Of a DNA stretch of 64,000 bases, positions 25,633 through 37,810 are shown piece by piece. The translations under genes were made by a program, and so were the position numbers. The notes under the pieces were generated by a model that worked only from the letters and a program-made list of their open reading frames with translations, ran no database searches and was not told the origin of the DNA. The DNA comes from Macrostomum hystrix. Its lineage: Eukaryota; Animalia; Platyhelminthes. The stretch is from positions 3,038,001 to 3,102,000 of the forward strand of contig CATNEN010000001.1 of NCBI GenBank assembly GCA_950097015.1, given 5' to 3'. Each line of letters starts with the position of its first letter. Position 1 is the first letter of the stretch.

Positions 25633-26547
25633 TACTGGCTAGCTAATTAATTCTGTATTAGACATTAGACGTACTCACTGATCAAGCCACTAAAAGCTAT
25701 TCAATGGTGATGATAATTGGTATTGTTTTATAGCTAGCAATTCTACTTAATTCTAACTTCTTCATATAAATTCTTCAGTATTGGCCTCTTTATGTTTGGT
25801 AAAAAAAGATATAATAGTGTAATAAAAATTTTATCAAGTAAACATTGTCATTAGGCCTAGTCTTTGTTCTTTTTAATCTCTGTATTATTCATACTTATAC
25901 TTATTTTTTAGATGATTAGATTGAAATCTACAATAATAATAAAATAAAATTCAGTGCACACTGAACACTTATTAAAGCACTTTTTATAGTTGTATATTTT
26001 TTATTTTATATTTCTCTAGAAAACTGTTAGTGAAAACATTGCAACATTATGGATAGCCATGTTCATTTTTATGTTTTTCTTTATGTTCATTTTGCGTTGC
26101 ATATTAGTATTTTGATTATAAGCTAAGCTACCTACGAATTCAGATATTCCAATCTACAAACTTGAGTATTTCAGTGTGTACTTGTGTGTCAAGCTAGTCT
26201 TTAAACATTCAAAGATATTTGGCTGCCTATAATGCTATTCTTTTATTAAACAATATTATAAGACAATTGTCTACTTTAAAAGGTAAGAAGCTGCCACTTC
26301 ATCTAGCTCATCTTGTTTAGCCTCTGCTCTCTCTTCTTAATTTTTATATTTATAATTTATTTATTGTTGTTTTAAGAAAAACATCTAATATTCAGCATTT
26401 ATTCCTTTGCATTGCAGAGTTTTTGTATGTTGCTCTGCTAGTGGCAGCAACAGACAAGAGCTCTAGGCATCAGGGCTTAATTATGCCAATTTGATTCTAG
26501 AGCAGCAGTACTTCAGGTACAGCTTTGAAGCTGTTGAGCAAATTGAT

Positions 26548-29338
26548 ATGGACGCATTTGACACAGTGTGCTGTCATGTCATTCATCATCGGGTCCTGCT
26601 CCACCTCACTGCTAAATCTTCTGTCAAGACTTCATCTGAAACAGGCAGCTGGACCAGTCTGCCAGATTCTCACCAGCCTGTGCTCAACTTGCCAATTCGT
26701 TCTAACTCATGCCAAGTATTTGCTAAACGACTTTGTAACATTACAGGATTGGAACAGTATCTTACTAGACTCTATCCTGTTGGAGTGTGAGTTCATTAAT
26801 TTTATATTGTACAGTGGGACTTATATAATTATATATATATCTATAATCAATTATGGTCAAACAGGTTGTAGCTTAGTAGTTAAAGTATAAGTATGTAGTA
26901 ATAGTAAAATTATTTTATTCATATTCGAATCCCACAGGGCCCCAGACAAATGGCTAACAGAAGATCAGCTAAAGAATCTTCAAAGCTGTTTAATTCAGCA
27001 AGACCCATCCGAGCCGTTAGAGTCTGACGCTGTTGGTGAGGAAGCTGCCACTTCATCTAGCTCATCTGGTGCAGCATCTCTCCTCTCTTACTACTGTTCA
27101 TCGTCGTCTTCAACAACTTCTTGTTCAGCGGAATCGTTGTCTTCAACAGCTGATGCCGCCGCCGCTGCTGCTGTTGCTGCTACCATTCAGGAAACTGCAT
27201 CGCAAGTTGAACCAACTTTCACTCAGTCCAGTAGGAACCCTAGCGATGCCAGTTTTATGAGGCCGCCAAATATTGGTCGAGTCGCTACTAAAGGTTTGTG
27301 AAGTCGCCAATTTTGCAGGTCGCAAATGAATTTCTTGACTTGTTTTTTTTAATACAATTGATAAATCGTAGAAGTTTAAAAACACTCGGCAAGAAATGGA
27401 TCGATTTCCAACAGGGGGTATTTCAAATACCCAGTGCATAATTCACCACAGCTCCCAAACCATCCTCCCCAGAACAGCTCCCAAACAATCCTCCCCAGAA
27501 CAGCTCCCAAACCATCCTCCCCAGAACAGCTCCCAAACCATCCTCCCCAGAACAGCTCCCAAACCATCCTCCCCAGAACAGCTCCCAAACCATCCTCCCC
27601 AGAACAGCTCCCAAACCATCCTCCCCAGAACAGCTCCCAAACCATCCTCCCCAGAACAGCTCCCAAACCATCCTCCCCAGAACAGCTCCCAAACCATCCT
27701 CCCCAGAACAGCTCCCAAACCATCCTCCCCAGAACAGCTCCCAAACCATCCTCCCCAGAACAGCTCCCAAACCATCCTCCCCAGAACAGCTCCCAAACCA
27801 TCCTCCCCAGAACAGCTCCCAAACCATCCTCCCCAGAACAGCTCCCAAACCATCCTCCCCAGAACAGCTCCCAAACCATCCTCCCCAGAACAGCTCCCAA
27901 ACCATCCTCCCCAGAACAGCTCCCAAACCATCCTCCCCAGAACAGCTCACAAACCATCCTCCCCAGAACAGCTCCCAAACCATCCTCCCCAGAACAGCTC
28001 CCAAACCATCCTCCCCAGAACAGCTCCCAAACCATCCTCCCCAGAACAGCTCCCAAACCATCCTCCCCAGAACAGCTCCCAAACCATCCTCCCCAGAACA
28101 GCTCCCAAACCATCCTCCCCAGAACAGCTCCCAAACAATCCTCCCCAGAACAGCTCCCAAGCTCCCAATAATTGCAGGCAAAGGCGCATAATTTGGTAAC
28201 ACTAGACCTGCAGCCAGCGAGGAGGCAATTCTGCCCTTTCCGCTGACTCCTGAGCACACACGCACACAGATACCGTACGCAGGCACACGCTCACACAGGT
28301 GTGTACATCTGCCCCGACTTTCTCATCGTCAGGCAGTGTACACGGAATCGAGCTAAGGGACCTTGGCAAACGCGTTAACACTCTGCCTAATGTTAAGAGA
28401 CTAAGCAAACAGTAATAAATTCCACATTGATATTCTTAAACAAACCATCTGCAGTGCCCGCTGGAGCCACGGAACGTGCCAAGCGAAGATTTAAGCGATG
28501 CAGGAATTTCACTGGTAGGTTCTTGTTCGACTGTTAAATTGTTCATTCTGGTTCGTAATAAGGCCTTCATAAATAGTCTGAAAATCAATTTATGAATTCC
28601 AGTTCGAGCACCAGATTGCTACGATCGCGTGTGTCACCGAGTTATTCAGCATCGCCTAATGCAAAGCCGCAGCAAACAATTAAGAAGCAGTCATGGCAGA
28701 AAGATTCATTTAACTGAACTGACTGACACTAGCATTAGTCAGCCATACCGATCAACTGTTGCTGTGGCTATTGCAAAACGTTCCGTGCCCAGTTCAGAAA
28801 GCCAAGTACTCGTGCGACACTTTCCTATTGGAGTGTAAGTGATCACAGATCCCCTGATTGGTTCATCACCCTGCCTAGATCCTCTGATTGGTCCGTCACC
28901 CTCCCCAGATCCTCTGATTGGTCCGTCACCCTCCCCAGATGATCTGATAGGTCCATCACCCTCCCCAGATCCTCTGATTGGTCCGTCACTCTCCCCAGAT
29001 CATCTGATTAGTTCATCACCCTCCCCAGATCCTCTGATCGGTCCGTTATCCTCCCCAGATCCTCTGATTGGTCCGTCACCCTCCCCAGATCCTCTGATTT
29101 GTCCATCACCCTCCCCAGATCATCTGATTAGTTCATCACCCTCCCCAGATCCTCTGATTGGTCCGTCACCCTCCCTAGATCATCTGATTAGTTCATCACC
29201 ATCCCCAGATCCTTAGATTAACTATTAAGAAGTTCCGAACATAATCATTCATATTTCAGTTCGAAGGATCAGTGGATGTCGGAATTAGAATTTGAGCAGC
29301 TAAAACTTCTAGAAGCAAAAAAATCAGTGCCGATTTAA
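26548..29338 (+). CDS. 321-aa protein with two internally duplicated modules ending in a chromodomain-like motif
   Basis: Exons 26548-26786, 26938-27293, 28455-28514, 28603-28834, 29260-29338 total 966 nt, all GT-AG and in frame. Module 1: DAFDTVCCHVIHHR...VFAKRLCNITGLEQYLTRLYPVGV/APDKWLTEDQL. Module 2: DCYDRVCHRVIQHR...AIAKRSVPSSESQVLVRHFPIGV/SKDQWMSELEF. Confidence 0.7.
27449..28160. repeat. Intronic minisatellite, 26-bp unit, ~27 near-perfect copies
   Basis: Unit CAGCTCCCAAACCATCCTCCCCAGAA. Confidence 0.97.
28168..28390 (-). mobile_element. tRNA-derived SINE family A copy (internally deleted)
   Basis: Reverse complement matches 36275-36635. Confidence 0.8.
28845..29220. repeat. Intronic tandem repeat, 30-bp unit, ~12 copies
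   Basis: Unit CAGATCCTCTGATTGGTCCGTCACCCTCCC. Confidence 0.93.
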
Positions 29339-30084
29339 AACATTTTGAACTGGAGTCAAAATAAAGCAAATCTTCTGACATTTAATAAATCATTGTTGCC
29401 AAAAAATCACTTCAACTTTTCGACTGCTTTGTATAAAGATTTTTTTGTGTTTTTTAATTGCGGCATTATAATTCTTACTAGTAATATAGCTCGTTGTCTT
29501 ACTGGCTTATTAAGATAGCGTTTCAATAAAATTAGTTAAATTTTACAGGTTTTATCCGTCCTTCAATGTAAATTGATGCTAGGCATACAAAAACTCAGTT
29601 TTATTGTTCTAATTCATTTCATTTCCTTTATTTCTCCTCTGCTAGTCTATCAAATTGTACTTCAAAATGATTTTTTGCGCATAATCAATGTTTCGTTTTT
29701 TAATGTTTAATTATTGTTAAATTCTACTTATAGTAGTAGCTAGTAATGAACAAACGCGCTAGATTTTATTTGAAGCCAAAACATTCATGATATTAAACTT
29801 GTTTTTAATGGCCATAATTTGTTATAATCTAAGGAAGCTTTTTACCAATACTGGCTTTGTGTGCGTGCAGCTAAAACTGTTTTTTATCTTTTCTTTTTTT
29901 ATCGTCTTTAGCGTTTTCCACGCATTTTCTTGTTTGTAAAAATGCCATTTCTGTTGCTTGTTTGTTTTCTTATCATTCTTTCAGGCCACCGGATTATTGA
30001 TACAAGAATGTTTTGTACCTCATAAAGTGCTTCTTGTGTTTTAATCCCGGTAATAGTTGTGGCTTCTGACACAAAGATCCTTGT

Positions 30085-30740
30085 CTATCCCCATTCTCCC
30101 GCTTCTCAGATCCCATATTCTTCCTATTGTTTCATATCCCCATTCTCCTGCTTCTCAGATCCCACATTCTTCCCATTGTTTCATATCCCCATTCTCCCGA
30201 TTCCTAGATCCCACATTATTCCTATTGTTTCATATCCCGGTCCTCCCACATCACAGATCCCACATTCTTCCCATTGTTTAATATCCCAAATCTCCCACAT
30301 CACAGATCCCACATTCTTCCCATTGTTTCATATCCCCATTCTCCCGATTCCTAGATCCCACATTCTTCCCATTGTTTCCAATCCTCATTCTCCCGCTTCT
30401 CAGATCCCACATTCTTCCCATTATTTCGAATCCCCATTCTCCAGCTTCCCAGAACCCAAATTCTTCCCATTGCTTCATATCCCTGTTCTCCAGCATCCCA
30501 AATACCAAATTCATTCCATTGTTTAAAATCCCAATTCTCCCGCATCCCAGATACCAAATTCTTTGATTGTTTTGAATCCCCATTCTCTCGCTTACCTGAT
30601 CCCGATTTCTTCCCATTGAATCCAAATTGAATCCCAATTCTCTCGCTTCCCTGATCCCACATTCTTCCTATTGTTTAATATCCCAAATCTCCCAAATCAC
30701 AGATCCCACATTCTTCCCATTGTCTCATATCCCATTCTCC
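30085..30740. repeat. Degenerate ~49-bp tandem repeat; a related short array lies at 33110-33250
   Basis: Unit approx. CAGATCCCACATTCTTCCCATTGTTTCATATCCCCATTCTCCCGCTTCT. Confidence 0.85.
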
Positions 30741-31481
30741 AACTCTCCCTTCTGTGATCTCTTTTTCTTCCCATTTTTGAATCCTTTTTTACCCGATTCT
30801 CTCTTCCCATATCCTGCTTTATTCCCACGACGTTTCTGATCCGCTCTCTCTTTCCCTTATCCTACTTCTAGCTACATTCCCGGATCTTCTTATATCCTCA
30901 AAATCCTCCAATTTTCTCTCACCCGAATCCAGAATATTCCGATCACTTAGTTTTCTTAAGCTATTCAAAATAATATTTGTTGTCCTAAACTGCACCTAAT
31001 TGTACTCATCGCGTGTTTTGTGTCTCGTTAGCTATTTTCATTTAGACTTATTGAAATTTGAGTTTCGAGCTCAAACCTTCCCGATTTTGCTTCCATGCGC
31101 TTTGCTTATTCTCAATTCGGCACATTTCTGTTCAAGCATGTTTAGCTTTCTTTTTTCTGCGTGTTCATTGTTAGATTTTTATATTTCAAATTTGTGTCAA
31201 ATTACTCCAATGTAGGATCTTAAGAATCTGTACATCTATAGTTTTGTCCAATTTTATTTCTATTTATAACACACGCACTTGTAATGTGCCATTTATCAAC
31301 TACACAAATTAATCCATGATTTCAGCCGGCAAGTTTGTATGTAAGACAGCGAAAAAAACCTTAAAATTTTGGCGAGAAACGAGACTAACTCTTTGTAGGT
31401 GCTAAAATAGTATAAGCTTGCAGCTTCCTTATTAATTAATTGTTCCTTATTTTGCTAATAGAAACTGGTAGCTATATGTAT

Positions 31482-31780
31482 AAAAAATTTCCGCCCATTA
31501 CGATGAGCTATACTAACTTTCAAAGCCGTCCGACGTCAGCGTCGTCGAGATATTCAAGGTGACAAGGACAACTTAGATTGTTCAGATCTTGGTTGATCTG
31601 ACTAGGATTAATCAATACAATTTAGTTAAAAATATTAGCACACATGCTCAAATTTTGAGAGCAGAAAATTTATGCCCAAATTGGTGATTGTGCCACCAGA
31701 AAATCGTTGAATGTCTCGACGAGGCTGATGTTTTGTGATTCTGGAATTGTGTTTCATCGGATTGAGCGGAAAAATTTCCT
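31482..31780. mobile_element. Degenerate MITE-like inverted-repeat element; related pieces near 36870-36935, 38400-38465 and 39660-39750
   Basis: AAAAATTTCCGC...CGTCAGCGTCGTCGAGATATTCAA is mirrored by TTGAATGTCTCGACGAGGCTGATG...GCGGAAAAATTT. Confidence 0.5.
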
Positions 31781-32263
31781 GGCGATTAGTTGAATATTTT
31801 TGAGGTACATAAAAATGAAATAAATGTAGGTGAAATACCCCACGTGGGTCTATCTACTGTTAAAGAGTATACGAGAAGCTCTTCCGAGGGTTGTGTACAG
31901 CCATTCAGTCCGCGGACACCCAACCCGATTTCAGCTGGGCGAACTGAATCACTGGGGAATTGTTTGTAAGACTAAAACGCTTCTCGTCGATTTAAATTTT
32001 ATTTTTAGCTTCGTGAGAGTGTCACAGATCACATCGTCTCACTAATATTTTAGTTATATAGTGTCGTTCGTTCAAAAAAAACGCGTTAGACCGCAATTCA
32101 TTCCCCCTCTAAAATGTCGGGAAAAAATGGTTTGCTGTGACCAGCTCGTGAGCTACCGCTCATTGGCTACAGGATTTTGTATTGATTGAAGACTTTATAA
32201 TGGGCCCTAAACTATCCAGCTAACTGTTTCTCTACCTTCGACCCACTGTATCAGAATTTAACC

Positions 32264-32986
32264 ATGTTTCAAGTCCTCTATTCGTTAATTGTGATCAGCA
32301 GCAGTGTGTGGTGCAGATTATGCAGCGCCGCTTGCCCGAGTCCTTTCAGTCAGGTGGGCTCCAGCTTCTGCGCCTACTGGTCCTTCACTGCCGATAAGAA
32401 CTGGTGCGAGGCGGCCGAGTTCTGCCTCGGCATCGGCGGCGAATTGGCGATCGACCTCGATCTGGTCAGAGCTGTGCGGCCCAGTCTCAGTTCGCCTCAC
32501 ATCTACTTCGGCATGACAGACCTGCTGATTGAGCGGGGTACTTATCGATCATCTGGTTGGCAGCTCGCTAATGGCTCCATTGTGCAGAGCTTTCAGCTGT
32601 CGGATTGGGAGAACTCGCTAGCCGGCAACTACGACAGCTCAAGCGACTTCTGCGTGGTCAGGCAGGACGGCATCGCCGATCTACCGTTTAGCGAGAGACG
32701 CGGCGTCCTCTGCCAGCCGATTGTGACGCCCAACAGTTCGATGTTCAAGCGAGCCGAATTATTTCGCCTAGGCAACATCAGCCCGGTCTACTGTCACACT
32801 GAGCTGTGGAATGTTCGCAGCAGGATCCAGTGCGCGGCCGTCTGCTCCAGGCGATGGCAGTGCAGATCGGCGATCTACAACAAGGCGGACGGCCGCTGTC
32901 GCATGCTGGACTTCTCAGACGCCAGCGTTGGAGATCAAATTGAATTGGATCCCAACTGGACCAAAGTGGTCAAGGCCTACAACTGA
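32264..32986 (+). CDS. Secreted C-type lectin-like domain + PAN/apple domain protein (intronless, 240 aa)
   Basis: Hydrophobic signal peptide. CTLD motifs CPSPFSQVGSSFCAY, NWCEAAEFCLGIGGELA, YFGMTD, GWQLANGS, DFCVV, GVLCQ. PAN-type SRIQCAAVCSRRWQCRSAIYNKADGRCRM. Confidence 0.85.
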   Translation: MFQVLYSLIVISSSVWCRLCSAACPSPFSQVGSSFCAYWSFTADKNWCEAAEFCLGIGGELAIDLDLVRAVRPSLSSPHIYFGMTDLLIERGTYRSSGWQLANGSIVQSFQLSDWENSLAGNYDSSSDFCVVRQDGIADLPFSERRGVLCQPIVTPNSSMFKRAELFRLGNISPVYCHTELWNVRSRIQCAAVCSRRWQCRSAIYNKADGRCRMLDFSDASVGDQIELDPNWTKVVKAYN

Positions 32987-34044
32987 CGAGACAAGAAGAG
33001 CTGAGGAGCTTGAAGTCAAGGATCACTGGGAGTTGAGGGACAGAAACTACGTTTCTTAGAAAAAGCTTAGGAGGCTGGCTTTCGCCGAAAAAAACATTGT
33101 TTTAGATCTACATTCTCCCGATTCCTAGATCCCACTTTCTCCCCATTGTTTCAGATCCCCATTCTCCCGCTTCCCAGATCCCACTTTCCTCCCATTGTTT
33201 CATATCCCCATTCTACCGCTTCCCAGATCCCACTTTCTTCCGATTGTTTCAGACACCTTTTTTCCCGCTTTCCACTTTCTTCCCACTCTCTCCGACCCCC
33301 ATTTTCTCTCTTCCCGGATCCCACAATCTTCCGTACAGGTAATATTTTAAGGAATCGCTATCTTTAATCTTCTCCTAATCTTTATTCACACTGTATAAAT
33401 TTATTTTTGTTATCTCAAACTCAAACTGTTTATGTACTTTGCTTTCTTTTGCTCGCGACTGAAGTGGAGATAAATTTTCGCCTCCCACTAGTTGTGTCAC
33501 TTTTTACTTTTTTGCTGAGGCATATAAACGAAATGCCTGTCATTTACACTCAACTCAGGTGGAGTTATTGGCAAACACACCAGTCTCAAGTGAGTGAGTA
33601 AGGGGGGCGAGGGGGTCAGCGGCTAACGTCGCAGCCTCGCACTCCAAAGGACGCTAGTTCGATTCACCCTTCAAGTCACGATTAATTTCGGGACTTGTTG
33701 GGGGGGTTTGAACAGTAGCGACCGGCGATGGTGCACCATATTTCGTGCAATCAAATCTTGAAATAATAGCTTCGCTCCTACCTTCTGTGTGCCTGTTCTG
33801 CGTTGTGTGAGTTGTGTGCGTTGGCGCTGGGGCGTTAGACCCAGCGCTGGGGGTGGCTGGAGGGCGGGTGTACACCGCCGCGCGCTTTCTGGACTTCCGT
33901 CAGCGCGATTGGATAAGTGTACACTCATCACCCGCCCCCCTTGAGGACTGATTTCTTATCAGCCTTCCTTCCTGAGGCTTGGTCTGCTCTGTGCGTGTGG
34001 GGCTGGGGTGGGGGACACTGCTGCCTATTCTGGGTGCCTCCTGC

Positions 34045-35712
34045 CGCGGACCCCGGGATTATAAGCAACTGGACTGGAAGGCTAAAAATAACCCATACCA
34101 CAAGGGGGCATTAGTTTCCTACACAGCTTTTCTGCAGAAGGGCATGAATTGCTAACACAAATCACATAATAAATAGATAAATAGACACGTGTACAACTGA
34201 AAAAAACACTTTGCAACAGTGGAAAAAGCAAAAACATTTCTGACAAGCCACTTAATCTGAAACCGAGGCGAATCCGCAGTTAATTATTAGTAGGAATCGG
34301 CAGACTGACTGGAGAGCTTCGTAATCTTCCGCTTCCTTCCGCGCTCCGAATCGCCAGAAACTTCCTTAGCCAGGTTCCTCATCATGCAGTTGAAGAACGC
34401 TTTAGACAATTCTGTCTTCACATCATGTCCTTGGGTGCATGTTGTGAGGTGGGTGAATGATTCTAGAAAAAGTGCGTCGTCGGTCATTTCGTTCACGAGT
34501 CCACAAAATACCAGCTGCTGCTGCTCAGCGCACATGAACTCCTTCTTCAATGTCTCCTTTCGCCGAATCTCTTAGAAAATTTTCCAGCAATGAGTGCCCA
34601 AAGCAAAAGCAAACTCAGTTGGCTGGCAAAGACCACCTCGGTTGATCTGGTCAATGAAGGAGGAGGCCTGTGCTGGAACCCAGTCAACATCCAACTGCGC
34701 GGCAGCATCTTCCTCCAGCAGCAGTTCTCTGCACGAATCACACCTTCGGTTTTTCACCAGAGTTCGGGCAACAGCGGCAATGACGTAATAAATTACCGTC
34801 TGATCAGCAGGAGCTGGCTCGCAATCCATGTCTAGCTTTACGGCCAAGTTGTTGACACAAGTACAGCTTGCCGTCGCACAGAGAGATTTGAAAACCTGCT
34901 GGCTTACTCTCCTCCTGATCAAGTCTGGAGCGCACGTCGTGTAGGCTGCAATCAGCAATTGAGTCGGCTTCCTGAAAGGTGTCGATGCTGCTTTGCAGGG
35001 CACTGAGTTCCCGCTCCAGACGTTCAGAAGAAGTCGCCGCTGTTGATCTCTGCGGCTTTTTTTCAGAGGACAGGTAGGATGGAGCGTTGGGAAAGATGGA
35101 CGGCACAGCCCCTTGTTTCAAAAGGCGTCTTAGTTGTTGCTCCTTGCTCTTCTTACGTGCGGCGTTTGTATCCATGGAACTTTCAACGAAGTCGTCCAGA
35201 TGAAAATGTCTAGAGCAATTCCTTGAGTTTTTTGTTGGCTCAAACTCCTGCCTTGGGTTGGCTCGCTTCCACTTTTCCAGAAGGGCGGGGTCCTTCCATG
35301 GAAAACTATGGAAGCTGACTCTTGCGACAGTTCCATTTGCTCGATTTGAGCATCCGTACGCTGAGCAAGCCTTCACCATTAGTGGTCTTCACTCTCAGTC
35401 TCAGACAATTATGAGTGCTAGTTAGCAAAAACAAGGAGAGATCATTTTTAGGAATTGCTGTACAGTGCAGCGATTCTTGTAGTCCACTACAGGCCACAAC
35501 CCCGGCCGAAATACGAACAGGGACGAATTGGAATGTACATTGTAGAGAGAGCTTTTTAGTGTACAACGAAAGCTTTCTTTCCCTCGTGGAACAAAGACCC
35601 TAAGCCCCCAACTGGGGGACAGAAAGGAGAAGCATTGCCCCCTTGTGGTATAGGGTGGAAAATAAAATTATCTCTCCTTCCAGTCCAGATGCTTATAATC
35701 CCGGGGTCCGCG
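34045..35712 (-). mobile_element. P-element superfamily (THAP9/Galileo-like) DNA transposon, internally deleted, 1668 bp
   Basis: TIRs of ~66-78 bp (CGCGGACCCCGGGATTATAAGCA.CTGGACTGGAAGG...ATACCACAAGGGGGCA); 7-bp TSD CTCCTGC at 34038-34044 and 35713-35719; THAP transposase remnants inside. Confidence 0.88.
34287..35379 (-). pseudogene. THAP-domain P-type transposase remnant: THAP zinc finger joined to the C-terminal domain, catalytic core missing, frameshifted
   Basis: THAP motif MVKACSAYGCSN...FHSFP...W...CSRHF...LKQGAVPSIF. In other frames, P-transposase C-terminal motifs YYVIAAVAR..CDSC..L, INRGGLCQP and FFNCMMRN. Confidence 0.85.
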
Positions 35713-36274
35713 CTCCTGCCCTCCCCGGCTGGTCTGTGCTGCTGTGTGTGGTGCCTGCTCAGGGGAGGCGGCGCGATGGGCGCAAAAGCGCCTAGTTCGC
35801 CGGTCTGGGGGCGTGCCGCTCCGTCGCTTGTGCGACAAGTGCCCGGGGCCCCCCTGCAAATAGATAGAGATAGAGTGAGTGAGTAAGCAATTAACTAAAG
35901 CGACGTTAAAAAATGAAGTCTTCGCTTTTCTCTATCCTATCCAGCTCATCCTGTGTCAGTCAGTTTATATTTATTGTCGCTTGAATAATTAACGACATGA
36001 CCTTGGTAGATGGGCAGTGGGGATCATTTTTCAATTGACCTGCTGCAATTCCTCAGTTTAATGAGTAAGCTGCGAAAAAATTGTTAATCAAGTTTAGCAT
36101 TTTTTAAAAGGCCAAAGTTTTTGTCAGCTTGTAACCAACGTTTTGGAAGCGAAATATTTTAACCGCACATTTCTCGCAAATATACATTCTTTTTATAGAA
36201 GTCCTTAATGAGTATTGTAAGTTTAAAAAAAATTATGTAATTTGAATATTTGCATTAAATTTAACATTTAACAT

Positions 36275-36635
36275 TGGGCGGTCGGTGGCAAAGCGGTTAT
36301 CGTGTTTGCCTCTCGCACCAAGGTCCCTAAGTTCGATTCCACGGCGAGGCCACATTTATTTGGGGCGCAGCCGCGGAGAGAAGGCTTGGGGGCTTGTCGT
36401 GCAATTTACGCCCTTGTGGGCCAACCTCCAAGGCACAGTGAAGTGTACACTGCCTGACGATGAGAAAGTCAGGGCAGATGTACACACCTGTGTGAGTGTG
36501 TGCCTGCGTACAGTATCTGTGTGCGTGTGTGCTCAGGAGTCAGCGAAATAGGGCAGAACTGCCTCCTCGCTGGCTGCGGGTCTAGTGTCACCAAATGATT
36601 GCCACAGCCCTCCTGCAATTATTAATTATTATTAT
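36275..36635 (+). mobile_element. tRNA-derived SINE family A, near full-length
   Basis: A box TGGCAAAGCGG, B box GTTCGATTCC, (ATT)n tail. Other copies at 6268-6376, 28168-28390, 44110-44400, 52290-52610 and 57725-58020. Confidence 0.85.
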
Positions 36636-37569
36636 TAACATTGAACATTGGTAAAATAGTAGAGTCACGGCTGTCCATTTGGGTTCGACTTTCTGACTTC
36701 AGGTGGATGCTATGGATATTAGATGAGTTGAGCACCTGAGCTCTGCTGATTGGCACGCGAATTCGGCCCGACCTTAAACCTATTAACTGTAGACTGTACC
36801 GTCACACAGTCTGTATTTACTTCAAACAAAATTCAACCTATCACCATGAAAACGCAGAACATGAGCTAAAACTTTTCTCCGATAAAACAATTTCCACAAT
36901 CACAAAACATCGGCATCGTCGAGATATTCAACCATTGTCGTCTTGAAGAGTTTTGCGTGTTGATTAGACACACGAAACTCCCACTTCTAGACAATGGGGA
37001 ACAATTGCCTAGGAATTTTTAACAGTCACGTGACACTTACTGCAATTGCTTCTTGTTCCTTGGTAGTGAGTAGTTCGTAGTCTTTGGTCTTCGACAGCCG
37101 GCGGTTCTCCTTCTCCTTGTACTGATCGACCGTGAAGTATCGGTTCTGTTGCTTCTTAAGTCTTTGTAGTCTTCTTGTCTTCTTTGTCTTCTTGGCAGCT
37201 GCTTGAGTTTATCTGTTGACCAATAAATGACGAGAGCGAATCAGACTACTTGTCGGTTTCCTCGAGCTCGGAATTCACAATAGAAACGTGCGCCCTAGTG
37301 AACAATTGAAATTTCTCTTGAGTCTCTCTAATAGATCCTCCTGAAGGGCGTCTTCTTCGTTACCTCCGAAAGATAACGGATAACTCAAATCAAATCAATC
37401 AATAATCCTCTAGGAATGTATCCTAGGAAACAAGGAGGCCTTTCTCAAATTTATCGACGATATGTGGCTCTCGTAAACTTAGTTCAATTCAACAACTATT
37501 GCTAGCAATAAATAACTCTGTCTAGTAAAGCACTTACCACTTGTCTTTCCCTCAGAGATGAGTCCTCTT

Positions 37570-37810
37570 TGTAACACACTAAAAGTGGGGAACGAACCTC
37601 GCGCTGGCAGACCGAGACCGGTTTCTGGCTTGTTTGCCTTCGTCAGTCAGCCATAGCCGCACGCAGTCCTCTCCCACCACTCTTAGTGTGCACAGAAGTC
37701 TCTTTTAAGCTTGCCATTTTTATGGCGATATTTTTTAGTGTTATGCGAGAGTTTGCAGCCAAGTCTTTGCTTTTCTACTGTTGTCAGTAGTCTGAATTGT
37801 ATCTCTCACA
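37570..37810. mobile_element. Solo LTR-like element, 241 bp
   Basis: TGTAAC...TCTCACA termini with 5-bp TSD CTCTT on both sides; second copy at 50409-50644. Confidence 0.75.

Larger units (their letters stand above)
33603..35873 (+). mobile_element. ~600-bp tRNA-headed SINE-like retroposon (family C) interrupted by a P-superfamily element
   Basis: 14-bp direct repeat AGTGAGTGAGTAAG at 33589-33602 and 35874-35887; head has GGTCAGCGG and a GTTCGATTC B-box; (TAGA)-like tail. Confidence 0.7.

Noticed and set aside
26281-26340. ~55-bp copy of sequence from 27035-27090
   Set aside because: Short degenerate local duplication with a stop codon; no evidence of function.
27376-28286. Multi-frame proline-rich and glycine-rich ORFs
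   Set aside because: A 26-bp stop-free repeat lying inside an intron of the 26548-29338 gene.
36450-36480. CTGACGATGAGAAAGTCAGG in SINE-A resembling a hammerhead core
   Set aside because: It forms only a simple hairpin; the three-stem hammerhead topology could not be built by eye.
37030-37370. Lys/Arg-rich exon-like segment on the minus strand with a GTAAGT donor
   Set aside because: No start codon, partner exons or recognisable domain could be linked to it.
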